DNA of 64,000 nt from contig CAXXNF010000002.1 in NCBI GenBank assembly GCA_963666365.2, positions 1,536,001 to 1,600,000 on the forward strand, given 5' to 3'. Each line of letters opens with the position of its first letter. Position 1 is the stretch's first letter. Made by a program: the position numbers and the translations under genes. Below are positions 50,182-59,926 of this stretch, in pieces. The notes beneath the pieces were generated by a model. The model saw only the letters and a program-made list of their open reading frames with translations. It searched no databases and was not told the DNA's origin. Origin of the DNA: Syntrophales bacterium. GTDB lineage: Bacteria; Desulfobacterota; Syntrophia; Syntrophales; UBA2210.

Positions 50182-51165
50182 TTATGCTCCCTCCTTGTCG
50201 CCGGACGTTCTCCTCTTCACCGTGCCGAGTGCACCGATGATTCCCGCACCGATTCCTATGACCGGCGCGTAAAGAATGGATTTTTCGAAAAAGGCCGCGT
50301 CGGCCAGACGGCGCGGCACTGGATTCAGATGAGGACGTCCTGGGCCTTTCTCTATAGCGCGATTGAGGGTCTCGAACGGCACAGGCGACACGTAAAGGGT
50401 GCCCGTACCCCCGTTTTCCTTTGCACCGTAGATAAAACCCTTCATTGCAGAGGCCCGCCGCTCCGCCTCACGGAAGATGTCGTCGCGCAATCCGATGATC
50501 ATGGCATTCCGCGGACAGGCATCCATGCAAAGTGGAAGCCGCTTCTGAAGAAGCTGGTCATAACAGAGATCACATTTGTACATGACGCCGTTGCCGGCAA
50601 GAGACGGAACAATGGAAAGGTATATTCCGATACCTGACTGCCGCTGGGGAATATGCCAGGGACACACGTCCCTGCACTTGGCGCCGCCGAAACAGATGTC
50701 CGCATCAATGACTACGGCGCCGCTTGCATACTTGTGATTTGCCGAAAAGGGGCAGAGTGTGGCGCACGCCGGATTATCGCAATGCATGCATCTTCGCGGA
50801 ATGAATATCGTCTTTTTTCCGCTATCCCCGTTTTCCAATTCCGCTTTCTGGATATAAATCTGTGTGTAGGGCGTAAGCCTGTCATTCACCCCTTTTTTCC
50901 CGGACCAGTCTTCGATTTTCCCCCGTGGAAACAGCTCCGGTATCGGCTCTGCGGGGGCCGGAATTCTTTTCGCAGCCCTCTCATGACACACCTTGACACA
51001 GACCGGCACATCCCGATCAACGCAACCGTCACAGAGGCTAAGATCGATAAGGCTGACCAGTTCGGACTTCGCCGCCGCGCTCGAAACAGAGGGAATCCCT
51101 AATCCTGCAATGGCAGCAACTCCGGCAGAGGCCCTTAAAAACGACCTTCTGGTGATATTACCCAT
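50182..51165 (-). CDS. Tat-exported multi-[Fe-S] protein with C-terminal anchor (FdnH/HybA-like)
   Basis: TRRSFL; CDGC..C...C, CMHCDNPAC...CP, CFGGAKCRDVCP, KCDLC...C...CP. Confidence 0.88.
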   Translation of the reverse strand: MGNITRRSFLRASAGVAAIAGLGIPSVSSAAAKSELVSLIDLSLCDGCVDRDVPVCVKVCHERAAKRIPAPAEPIPELFPRGKIEDWSGKKGVNDRLTPYTQIYIQKAELENGDSGKKTIFIPRRCMHCDNPACATLCPFSANHKYASGAVVIDADICFGGAKCRDVCPWHIPQRQSGIGIYLSIVPSLAGNGVMYKCDLCYDQLLQKRLPLCMDACPRNAMIIGLRDDIFREAERRASAMKGFIYGAKENGGTGTLYVSPVPFETLNRAIEKGPGRPHLNPVPRRLADAAFFEKSILYAPVIGIGAGIIGALGTVKRRTSGDKEGA

Positions 51166-51193
51166 ATTCGCTTCCTCGCTTTTTCCTTTGTCG

Positions 51194-52090
51194 CTATTCG
51201 GTTCTTTTACTCGGTCCTGGCTGTGAAATATGTGTCGTAAGAGGCACACCCGCCACAACGCAGGAAATCGCACCAAACTTACAGGATTCCTGCATGCATT
51301 TAAGACAGCGAATGCAATCGGGTTGGTTCGCCCCCTCATAAAAGCGAACCCCCATGGGACATCCCTTGTAGCATTCCATGCAGTGAACACACTTGTCGGG
51401 ATGATGCACCATCCTGAAGACGCTTACCCTGTTGAAGAGAGAATAGATTGCACCGAGCGGACAGACAATTCTGCAGAAGGGACGGCGGATAAAAATCATG
51501 AGCGCCGTCAGAACCAGGAGAATTACAACCTTATTTGCAAACAGCGCCCCCCAGAGATCACGCAGCTCCGGTTGCAGCACGCTCATGGGGAGACCGGCTT
51601 CAAGCGTTCCCGCAGGGCACACTAATTTGCAGAACCAGGTCTGTCCGTAACCAAACTCGTCAACCACAAAAAGGGGCAAGAGAATAACGAACAGCGCGAG
51701 AATTCCGTATTTGACAAAACTCAGAAATCGGGGAATCTCAATTTTTCGCGAGGGAATTTTGTGGATAAGCTCCTGAAAAAACCCGAAGGGGCAGAGCCAG
51801 GCACAGGGCATACGGCCGACCAGGCTTCCGATAATCCCCAGAAAACCGATTACATAGAGCCCTACATGGCACTTTCCCGCCGCTATGCTTGGCCGTATGG
51901 CAGAAAACAGCGACTGCAACGATCCGAGGGGGCAGGCGCCCGTGGCGGCCGGACAGGAATAGCAATTGAGTCCGGGAACACAGATTGATTTCAGCCTCCC
52001 CTGGTAGATGCTTCGCGTAAAGGGGAACAGATAAAAGCCATTGCTCAAAACCGTGGCTGCGATCTGTATCCATCGTCTCAGGACCCACAT
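51194..52090 (-). CDS. Membrane polyferredoxin (NapH/MauN/YccM-like)
   Basis: CYSCP, CAWLCPFG, FCKLVCPAG, FCRIVCPLG, two ferredoxin motifs. Confidence 0.88.
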   Translation of the reverse strand: MWVLRRWIQIAATVLSNGFYLFPFTRSIYQGRLKSICVPGLNCYSCPAATGACPLGSLQSLFSAIRPSIAAGKCHVGLYVIGFLGIIGSLVGRMPCAWLCPFGFFQELIHKIPSRKIEIPRFLSFVKYGILALFVILLPLFVVDEFGYGQTWFCKLVCPAGTLEAGLPMSVLQPELRDLWGALFANKVVILLVLTALMIFIRRPFCRIVCPLGAIYSLFNRVSVFRMVHHPDKCVHCMECYKGCPMGVRFYEGANQPDCIRCLKCMQESCKFGAISCVVAGVPLTTHISQPGPSKRTE

Positions 52091-52239
52091 CAGCCCACTC
52101 CTATGCAGCTGAGACAGATATTGACGGCCTTTTCCCAGACTGAGGAAACTTCGCCCCCGTTAATACCTGCCACCATGAGCAGGAGAAAGAAAAAGAACAA
52201 CAGGAGCGACGTCTTGCTGATGCCGTTTTTCTGCGCCAT
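52090..52239 (-). CDS. Small membrane peptide with C-terminal CxxC (CD1871A-like)
   Basis: 49 aa: TM then GE...VWEKAVNICLSCIGVG; AAGGA SD; TGATG coupling to the next gene. Confidence 0.8.
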   Translation of the reverse strand: MAQKNGISKTSLLLFFFFLLLMVAGINGGEVSSVWEKAVNICLSCIGVG

Positions 52240-52345
52240 AGGCGATCCTTCCTTGCGACATGCGCGCCAGGTTCTCATTATATTCCATTCAAACCCGGCA
52301 TTCATGCCACCATTAAGCACTACACATTGATCACAGGACCCTGTC

Positions 52346-52855
52346 TCACCTTTGCCTTCCGCACTGATCAATCAGGGAGAGGATTTTTTCTTCAAGCACG
52401 CTTTCCGGTCTGCCCCCGAGGATCTTTTCAACAACCTCGCCTTTCTTTGCAATTAAAAGCAACGGAATTCCTGAAATTTTGTACTCTCTGACTACTTTTT
52501 CCCCGCCCCAATATACAGGGAAGGTGACTCTCATTTGATCCACCAGGGGTTGAATCGCCGATGGTCCCCCTATATCAACGCTCACACCGATTATCTTGAG
52601 ACCTTTTTCTGCATATTTCTCATGCAGTTTCTGCAGCACCGGCAGTTCCGCGCGACAGGGCGCACACCATGCAGCCATTGCGACGATAAAGAGAGGACAG
52701 TCGCGTTTGTGTATCATCTTTTCGATATCCGCAGGAGTGATAGGCTTCACCTTATTTTGTTTGATTCCCGCCGACGACCCCGCCGTCGACAACTGCAACA
52801 GCCCCAGTATCAGGAGTACCGTCATAAGTACCGATATGCTCTTGTGTATTTTCAT
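52346..52855 (-). CDS. Exported TlpA-like thiol-disulfide oxidoreductase
   Basis: Signal peptide, AAWCAPCRAELP, GVSVD, GIP. Confidence 0.88.
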   Translation of the reverse strand: MKIHKSISVLMTVLLILGLLQLSTAGSSAGIKQNKVKPITPADIEKMIHKRDCPLFIVAMAAWCAPCRAELPVLQKLHEKYAEKGLKIIGVSVDIGGPSAIQPLVDQMRVTFPVYWGGEKVVREYKISGIPLLLIAKKGEVVEKILGGRPESVLEEKILSLIDQCGRQR

Positions 52856-53156
52856 CACACTCTCGCTTTTTTCCTTTAGTGGCGGTATGTTCTTACATAT
52901 AGTCCTTGATCGCGCGGAAGGGAACATGCGGTCTCCCGTTGACTCTCTCAATCCCCGCCGCTTTTTACATCTATCCTATTTCTTAATGAATATCAAGATG
53001 CCTTGACTCATATTAAAAGATTCGATGAATCGCAGAAAAGAAAAAGAAAATAGGACTCGCCTTTGAGGGTAAAAGGGAAGGCATCAACGCCATCGTCCCG
53101 GCGATTGAAGACGCTGGATTTCCCGTCATGGGAACACGTCCTCCCCTGCCATCTTC

Positions 53157-55841
53157 TCAGTGCGCCTCGTCCCAGTTTTTCCCGCTCCCCAGATTGACGA
53201 CGATGGGCACTTTCAGCGCAATCACTCCCTCCATTTCCCGCCGCACGAGGGACATGATTTCTTTTTTTTCGTCCAGGGGAGTCTCGAAGACCAGCTCATC
53301 GTGAACCTGCATGATCATCTTCGTGTCCAGATGCCGCGACTCAAGATGGGCGGCAATGCGCAGCATGGCGATTTTTATGAGGTCCGCCGCCGTTCCCTGG
53401 ATAGGGGTATTGACCGCCGTCCGTTCGGCAAACTGCCTGATCATGGCGTTTGAGCTTTTGATTTCAGGGATATAGCGACGCCGGTTCATAAGCGTGGAGA
53501 CGAAGCCGTCCTGCTCTGCCTGGGCAAGCGTATCGTCTATAAAGGTTTTGACCCCTTGAAATCGCTGAAAATACTGATCAATGTACGCCTTTGCCGTCTT
53601 TTGGGGCACATCGAGTTCTTTCGCAAGACCGAAAGGGCTCATACCGTATATGATCCCGAAGTTTATGACCTTTGCATGCCGTCTCATCTCGTCGTTCACC
53701 ATCTCGGGAAACACACCGAATACAGTAGAGGCGGTTTTCCGGTGGATGTCGTCGCCTCTCTCAAAGGCCCGAATCAGCTCTTCGTCTTCAGAAAGATGGG
53801 CAAGTATGCGCAGTTCAATCTGGGAATAGTCGAAGGAAATCAGCTCACACCCATCAGGCGCCGCAAAGGCCTGCCGGATGCGCTTTCCTTCCGCTGTCCG
53901 CACGGGAATATTTTGCAGATTGGGATTACTGCTGGAAAGCCTGCCTGTCGCCGTGGCCGTTTGGTTGTAGGAAGTGTGAATTCTTCCGGTGCGGGGATTG
54001 ACAAGTGCCGGGAGGGCGTCTACATAGGTGGATCTCAGCTTTTCCAGGCTGCGGTATGAAAGAATTTCAGCGGGAAATTCATAGGAACGGGCAAGTTGTG
54101 TGAGGACCTCAACATTTGTCGAATACCCCTCTTTAATCTTGCGCCCCCGCGGCAGTCCCAGTTTCTCAAACAGAATGACCTGAAGCTGTTTGGGCGAGTT
54201 GATATTGAACCGCTCTCCGGCAAGGTGGTATATCTTCTCTTCCGAAAGCTTCAGAAGCTCTCGCAGCTGCTGAGAAAGCTCCTTCAAAAGAGCCGTATCG
54301 ACAAGCACGCCCTGGGATTCCATAGAGGCAAGCACCTTGATCAGAGGCATCTCAACGGTCTCGAAGAGCTCCCGAAACCCTTCCCTTTCTATTGCCTCAC
54401 CCAGGAGGGGGACAAGGCGTCTGATCGTGTCTGCACCCTGACAGAAACAGTCCGCACTTTTTTCCAGCGGAACAGTGCGCAGAGGAACTGCTTTTGCGCC
54501 TTTTCCCGTCAGGTCGCTGGACACAGGAATATCATAATTCAGAAACTCTCTCGCCAGGGCCGACACACTGTAATCCCGCTTTGAGGGATTCAGAATGTAA
54601 CCGGCTACCATGGTATCAAAGGCAAGTCCTTTCAGTCTGATTCCCCTTTCACCAAGAATGATGAAGGCCTTTTTGACGTCCTGTCCCGACTTTTTCACGC
54701 TCTCATCCGAAAAGTACGGCGCCAGCGTCTCAAGCACGCAGTCTGCGTGAAGCCCCTGATCCTCCTCGCCTGTGAAGGGAATATACACGACTGTCTCTGC
54801 ATCCACTGCCAGGGCCAGCCCTGCCATGTCGGTCCGTTCAGGTTCGTTTCCTTCTGCAAGGACGAAATCAAAGGAAAATTCCTTTCGCTTTTCCAGGAGT
54901 GCCACAATCTTCAGGAACGCATCCTTTTCGACAATCAATTGCCAGTTTCCTTCTCTTATCTCAGCATCCCCCTTTATTTGCTGGAGCAGCGAAGAAAACT
55001 CGAATTGAGAGAAGAGATCCTTCAAGTGCGCCGTACAGGGTTCCTCGTAGGCAAGATCTTCAAGTTGAAGTTCGTCGAGCGCGACATCCCTTTTTATCGT
55101 GGCAAGTTCCCTGCTCAGGCGGGCCTGATCGGCGAACTCTTCCAGATTATGCCTGACACGGGCGCCCTTGACATCATCAATGTGCGCCAACACACCTTCC
55201 ACCGTACCATAGGCTTCCACCAGTTTGCGCGCCGTCTTTTCACCGATGCCGGGAACGCCGGGAATGTTGTCGGAACTATCACCGGCAAGACCGAGAATCT
55301 CGATCACTTTACCGGGTTCGACGCCGAATCGTTCCTTCACCCCCTCCACGTCATATATTTTATCCTTCATCGTATCGACTATCGTTACGGAATCAGAGAC
55401 AAGCTGCATCAGATCCTTGTCGCCCGACACGATGACCACCCGCAGTCCTTCACATCCCCCGTAGTGATCGACCAGGGTTCCGATAATGTCGTCGGCCTCA
55501 ACTCCCGAATGCTCAAGCGTGTGCAGGGAAAGGCCCTTCACTACCTCCTTGATATAGGGAAGTTGCACAACCAGTTCATCGGGCATTACCGCCCTGTTCG
55601 CCTTGTAATCTTCAAAGGCCTCATGACGGAATGTCGGCCCCTTGGAATCGAAGACCACTGAGATATAGTCGGGCCGCCAATCGCGACAGAGCTTCATCAG
55701 CATGGTGGTGAATCCGTAGATGGCATTGGTGGGAAATCCTTTTGAGTTGGTGAGCTCTCTGATCGCATAAAACGCCCGGTACACATAATTGCTCCCGTCG
55801 ACAAGAACCAGAGTTTTTTTCGCATCCGACTTTTCCGTCAT
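53157..55841 (-). CDS. polA: DNA polymerase I
   Basis: VDG..YRAFYA, EADD, GDSSDNIPG, TGRLSS.NPNLQNIP, DYSQIELR, QVHDELVFE; GGAGG SD. Confidence 0.97.
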   Translation of the reverse strand: MTEKSDAKKTLVLVDGSNYVYRAFYAIRELTNSKGFPTNAIYGFTTMLMKLCRDWRPDYISVVFDSKGPTFRHEAFEDYKANRAVMPDELVVQLPYIKEVVKGLSLHTLEHSGVEADDIIGTLVDHYGGCEGLRVVIVSGDKDLMQLVSDSVTIVDTMKDKIYDVEGVKERFGVEPGKVIEILGLAGDSSDNIPGVPGIGEKTARKLVEAYGTVEGVLAHIDDVKGARVRHNLEEFADQARLSRELATIKRDVALDELQLEDLAYEEPCTAHLKDLFSQFEFSSLLQQIKGDAEIREGNWQLIVEKDAFLKIVALLEKRKEFSFDFVLAEGNEPERTDMAGLALAVDAETVVYIPFTGEEDQGLHADCVLETLAPYFSDESVKKSGQDVKKAFIILGERGIRLKGLAFDTMVAGYILNPSKRDYSVSALAREFLNYDIPVSSDLTGKGAKAVPLRTVPLEKSADCFCQGADTIRRLVPLLGEAIEREGFRELFETVEMPLIKVLASMESQGVLVDTALLKELSQQLRELLKLSEEKIYHLAGERFNINSPKQLQVILFEKLGLPRGRKIKEGYSTNVEVLTQLARSYEFPAEILSYRSLEKLRSTYVDALPALVNPRTGRIHTSYNQTATATGRLSSSNPNLQNIPVRTAEGKRIRQAFAAPDGCELISFDYSQIELRILAHLSEDEELIRAFERGDDIHRKTASTVFGVFPEMVNDEMRRHAKVINFGIIYGMSPFGLAKELDVPQKTAKAYIDQYFQRFQGVKTFIDDTLAQAEQDGFVSTLMNRRRYIPEIKSSNAMIRQFAERTAVNTPIQGTAADLIKIAMLRIAAHLESRHLDTKMIMQVHDELVFETPLDEKKEIMSLVRREMEGVIALKVPIVVNLGSGKNWDEAH

Positions 55842-55866
55842 AGGTCCTCCACCGCTGGATATGCGT

Positions 55867-56313
55867 TTACAATTCAAATGTTGCTTTTATTTTATAGGTC
55901 CTTACGGCAGGCATGTTCAGGATATCATTAATTCCCGTTTCTTCGGCGATGCGGGTGATAATCCCTGCTATTGCTTCCGTGGAAGGGGCAATCAGCGTAA
56001 ACCATATATTATACTCGTGATTTCTGCGATAGTTGTGCGTGACACCATCATAGACATTTACTGCTGAAACGAAATCGGCCACTTTGTCCTCGGGTACGCG
56101 GGCGGCGCAGAGCGTGCCGGCGAAACCCAATTTTGTTCGATCGAAAATCGCACCGATTCTTCGAATAAAGCCCGCTTCCCTCATGTGGCCGATGCGTGCA
56201 AAGACCTCATCTTCGCCGATGCCGACTTTCTCGCCTATCACCGCATAGGGATTCGCGTCTATGGGGAAATCGTGCTGGATATAATTCAGAATCTTCCTGT
56301 CCACCTCGTCCAT
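55867..56313 (-). CDS. ahbA: Siroheme decarboxylase subunit (AhbA/NirD-like, Lrp/AsnC fold)
   Basis: IQ.DFP...PY, IRRIGAIF, GVTHNY.R, NIWFT; located in the ahb cluster. Confidence 0.8.
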   Translation of the reverse strand: MDEVDRKILNYIQHDFPIDANPYAVIGEKVGIGEDEVFARIGHMREAGFIRRIGAIFDRTKLGFAGTLCAARVPEDKVADFVSAVNVYDGVTHNYRRNHEYNIWFTLIAPSTEAIAGIITRIAEETGINDILNMPAVRTYKIKATFEL

Positions 56314-57434
56314 CAATCCACCCCCCCGCCGTGTTCCGCATCATACCCGATCTCGATGTGCCTCTTCGGCTCGTAGGCGCAGAGCGGTTCCTCCGCAAGA
56401 TAGTCGCCGCTGGCCTCCCAGGCGCGTGCCCGGCATCCTCCGCACACCTTCAGAAATTCGCAACGACCACATTTACCCTTATACCGCCCAAGGTCTCTCA
56501 AATCTGCAAAGACAGGAGAGTTCCGCCATATGTCGCTGAAGGACTGTTCCGTGAGCCTTCCGCAATCGACTTCCAGAAAGCCGCAGGGCTGCACCTGTCC
56601 CACATGCGAGATAAAACAGAAGGAACTTCCGCCCATGCATCCCCTCGTCATGGCATGCAGCGGGTGTGACGAAAGGGCAGGCGCCTTTGCCGCTTTTTTC
56701 CTCTGGTGATAAATGCGGTAGTACTGGGGCGCACAGGTCGCTTTAAGCTGAAGCGTACAGTCAAGGCTTTTTTCAAAAAACCAGTGGAGGGTCCTTTCAT
56801 AATCCTCAGCGCCGATCTTCTGGTCGGCCAGATCCTTGCCCCGTCCGGTGGGCACCAGAAGAAAGATATGGTGGCCCGCGGCGCCGAGGCCTTCGGCAAG
56901 GCTGAAGATGCGGTCGATTTCCCCGATATTGCGATCCGTAATGGTTGTATTGATCTGAAATTCCACGCCGGCCCGCTTGAAGGCTTCAATTCCTGAAAGC
57001 GCCCCTTCAAAGGCGCCGGGAACGCCGCGAAAGGCGTCATGGCGTACCGCATCGGCGCCGTCAAGACTGATGCTGATCCGCTTGATTCCGGCGTCACGTG
57101 TTTTTCCGGCGATTTCGTCAGTCACCGTGGTTCCGTTGGTGGCCAGCACCATGCGCAGTCCCTTTCGGTCGCCATAGGAAGCAACCTCAAAGATATCATC
57201 ACGAAGATAGGGTTCCCCCCCGGTAAGGATCACCACAGGATTCCCCACTTCGGCAATTTCGTCAATCAGCCTCAGGCAGCGCTCGGTGGAAAATTCTCCC
57301 TCGTAGGGGCCGAACTGCGACGCGGCCCTGCAATGAAGACAGGACAGATTGCAGCTTCGCGTAATCTCCCAGGCCACCATCTGAAGCCGTGCGGGCAGTA
57401 TCAGCGAACTCTCTCGTGCTGCAGGAACTGTCAT
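56313..57434 (-). CDS. ahbD: Heme b synthase (radical SAM/SPASM)
   Basis: WEITRSCNLSCLHCRA, LVPTGRG, KATCAPQY.R, TRGC.GG..FCFISH. Confidence 0.88.
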   Translation of the reverse strand: MTVPAARESSLILPARLQMVAWEITRSCNLSCLHCRAASQFGPYEGEFSTERCLRLIDEIAEVGNPVVILTGGEPYLRDDIFEVASYGDRKGLRMVLATNGTTVTDEIAGKTRDAGIKRISISLDGADAVRHDAFRGVPGAFEGALSGIEAFKRAGVEFQINTTITDRNIGEIDRIFSLAEGLGAAGHHIFLLVPTGRGKDLADQKIGAEDYERTLHWFFEKSLDCTLQLKATCAPQYYRIYHQRKKAAKAPALSSHPLHAMTRGCMGGSSFCFISHVGQVQPCGFLEVDCGRLTEQSFSDIWRNSPVFADLRDLGRYKGKCGRCEFLKVCGGCRARAWEASGDYLAEEPLCAYEPKRHIEIGYDAEHGGGVD

Positions 57435-57452
57435 TGCGATGAGGCTCCTTCG

Positions 57453-58427
57453 CTATCTCTTGAGGACCGCGGCGGCTTCCCTGGCAAAATAGGTAATGAT
57501 CATATCGGCGCCGGCCCGCTTGATCGAGGTCAGCGACTCCATCATGGCCTTTTCACCGTCGAGCCATCCCATACTCGCCGCCGCCTTGATCATGGAAAAC
57601 TCGCCGCTTACGTTATAGGCGGCCAGGGGAAGATCAAACTCCTCTTTCGCCCGCCGTATCACATCGAGATAGGGAAGGGCAGGCTTGACCATTATAATAT
57701 CGGCGCCTTCCTCCACATCGAGGGTTATCTCGCGAATCGCCTCGTCGCTGTTCGGGGGGTCCATCTGATAGGATTTTCTGTCACCGAATTGAGGGGCGCT
57801 TTCGGCGGCCTCACGGAAAGGTCCGTAAAAGCAGGATGCATATTTGGCGGAATAGGCCATGATAGGAATATTGTCATAGCCTTTTTCATCGAGGGCTTCC
57901 CGAATTGCCAGCACCTGCCCGTCCATCATTGCGGAAGGGGCTACCATGTCTGCCCCGGCCGCGGCATGGGAGAGCGCCGTTTCACCCAGAACTTCAATAG
58001 TTGAATCATTTTCAATGGTCTCTCCGTCAAGCATGCCGCAGTGTCCGTGACTGGTATACTCGCATAGACAGACATCGGTAATGACCACCATGTCGGGCAC
58101 GGCTTCCTTAAGAGCCTTCACGGCCACCTGGATAATTCCGTCCTTTGCAAAGGCGCCGCTGGCCAGTTCGTCCTTTGTTTCGGGAATGCCGAAAAGGAGC
58201 ACCGCCGGGATCCCCAGATCGCGGGCGCCTTTCACCTCCTTCACAAGATAGTCCACAGACATCTGAAAATGACCGGGCATGGACGGTATCGGTTTTTTCA
58301 CCTTCCTGCCGAAGGTCACGAAAAGCGGGTAGATCAGATCATCGACGGAAAGCGCCGTCTCCCTGATCAGCCTTCTGAAGTTTTCATTTTTTCTGAGACG
58401 CCGTGGTCGATAATCGGGAAAATTCAT
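57453..58427 (-). CDS. hemB: Porphobilinogen synthase
   Basis: [41 protein letters not shown]. Confidence 0.97.
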   Translation of the reverse strand: MNFPDYRPRRLRKNENFRRLIRETALSVDDLIYPLFVTFGRKVKKPIPSMPGHFQMSVDYLVKEVKGARDLGIPAVLLFGIPETKDELASGAFAKDGIIQVAVKALKEAVPDMVVITDVCLCEYTSHGHCGMLDGETIENDSTIEVLGETALSHAAAGADMVAPSAMMDGQVLAIREALDEKGYDNIPIMAYSAKYASCFYGPFREAAESAPQFGDRKSYQMDPPNSDEAIREITLDVEEGADIIMVKPALPYLDVIRRAKEEFDLPLAAYNVSGEFSMIKAAASMGWLDGEKAMMESLTSIKRAGADMIITYFAREAAAVLKR

Positions 58428-58530
58428 ATATCCCTCCTGGATAGTATCACGTTAAAGTTTCAAGTTTAAATTTGTGGGCTTTGTCCCGTTTAAAAATCCC
58501 CGAGAGCTTTATCCTCTTTAACTTCAATAT

Positions 58531-58613
58531 TGTCATGCCGGACTTGATCCGGCATCCAGTCTTCTCAAATAGCTCCTGGATTTCGGGTCGCGCTTCGCTT
58601 GCCCGGAATGACG
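58531..58613. repeat. REP/RPE-like palindromic element
   Basis: GTCAT-GCCGGACTTGATCCGGC-ATCCAG...CTGGAT-TTCGGG...CCCGGA-ATGAC nested stems. Confidence 0.75.
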
Positions 58614-58732
58614 ATGAGAAGAGTTATGCAAAACTCTCGCCCCTATTATCCCCCTTTACAAAAGGGGATTTTACTGAGCCGCACCTCTGTTTCATAGACT
58701 TCTTTGAGCGGCCATTACAAGCGAAAAGAGGT

Positions 58733-59926
58733 TTATGAAATTGCCTCGCCCGCTATTTCCTCATCCGTCAGATAGCAGGCCGGATCCTCGGCCCATACAT
58801 CCCCGTATACCGCTTCGGCCCTGCAGCGGAAGTTTCCTCCACAGACATCGAGCCAGCGGCAGGCGGCGCACCGGCCTTTGACGAAAGATTTTTTATCCTT
58901 GAGTTTCGCCATGAGATCGTTGGACTCATCCTGCCAGATCTCACTGAAGGGACGCTCTCTGACATTCCCGAAGGACATGTTTCGCCAGAACTGGTCGGCA
59001 TGGACCTCACCGTCCCAGCTTACACAGCCGATGCCGCGTCCGGAGCTGTTTCCCTCGTTCATCCTGAGAAGCTCCAGGACTTCAGCGGCACGGGCCGGAT
59101 CTTCCCTGAGAAGCCTCAGATACAGATAAGGTCCGTCGGCATGGTTGTCGACGGTCAGTACCTCTTTCGGCTTACCCCGGTCGAAGAGATCCCGCGTCCG
59201 GTCCATTATCAGATCCACAACCTCTCGCGTGTGACCATGGTTCAGGTCCGCCTCGACAAGCGCCGATCCGCGCCCCGAATATACGAGATGGTAAAAACAG
59301 ATGCGGGGAATTTCCTCGGCCTCCGCCAGGTCGAATATCGCCGGAATCTCAAGGTAATTTGACTTCGTAATGGTAAACCTGATGCCCACCTTGATCCCCT
59401 CCTCCATGCAGTTCCGCATACCTTTCAGCGCCGCCTGAAAGGCCCCTTCCACCCCTCTAAAACGATCATGAACGGCGCCGATCCCGTCTATACTGACCCC
59501 CACATAGGAAAGTCCCATAGTGCCGTAAATGCGCGCCTGTTCTTTCGTTATAAGCGTTCCATTGGTAGAAACAACGGCCCGCATCCCACGATCCACGGCA
59601 TAACGGACAAGCTCGGGCAGGTCTTTCCGCATGAAGGGCTCGCCCCCCGAAAAGAGCGCCACGGGAGCACCGAACCGGGCAAGATCGTCGATCAGGGTTT
59701 TCGCTTCCCCCGTACTCAGTTCGTCGTCATAGCGAATGTTCTGAGAACTGGAGTAGCAATGGACGCATTTCAGGTTACAGCGCCTGGTCACATTCCAGAC
59801 CACCACCGGCCGCTTATCTTTTGAAAATTGGAGCAGGTGCGACGGAAGTTTTCCCGATTCGGAACCGTAACGCAGGACGTCGGAGGGCTCCACCCCGCCG
59901 CAATATAATTTCGAAACACCAATCAT
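58733..59926 (-). CDS. ahbC: 12,18-didecarboxysiroheme deacetylase (radical SAM)
   Basis: MIGVSKLYCG, PVVVWN.TRRCNLKCVHCY, YHLVYSGRG, TVDNHADG, DQFW. Confidence 0.92.
   Translation of the reverse strand: MIGVSKLYCGGVEPSDVLRYGSESGKLPSHLLQFSKDKRPVVVWNVTRRCNLKCVHCYSSSQNIRYDDELSTGEAKTLIDDLARFGAPVALFSGGEPFMRKDLPELVRYAVDRGMRAVVSTNGTLITKEQARIYGTMGLSYVGVSIDGIGAVHDRFRGVEGAFQAALKGMRNCMEEGIKVGIRFTITKSNYLEIPAIFDLAEAEEIPRICFYHLVYSGRGSALVEADLNHGHTREVVDLIMDRTRDLFDRGKPKEVLTVDNHADGPYLYLRLLREDPARAAEVLELLRMNEGNSSGRGIGCVSWDGEVHADQFWRNMSFGNVRERPFSEIWQDESNDLMAKLKDKKSFVKGRCAACRWLDVCGGNFRCRAEAVYGDVWAEDPACYLTDEEIAGEAIS

Noticed and set aside
52090..52855. Selenocysteine read-through in the redox genes
   Set aside because: Both CxxC motifs use Cys codons; the TGA stops fall at natural C-termini
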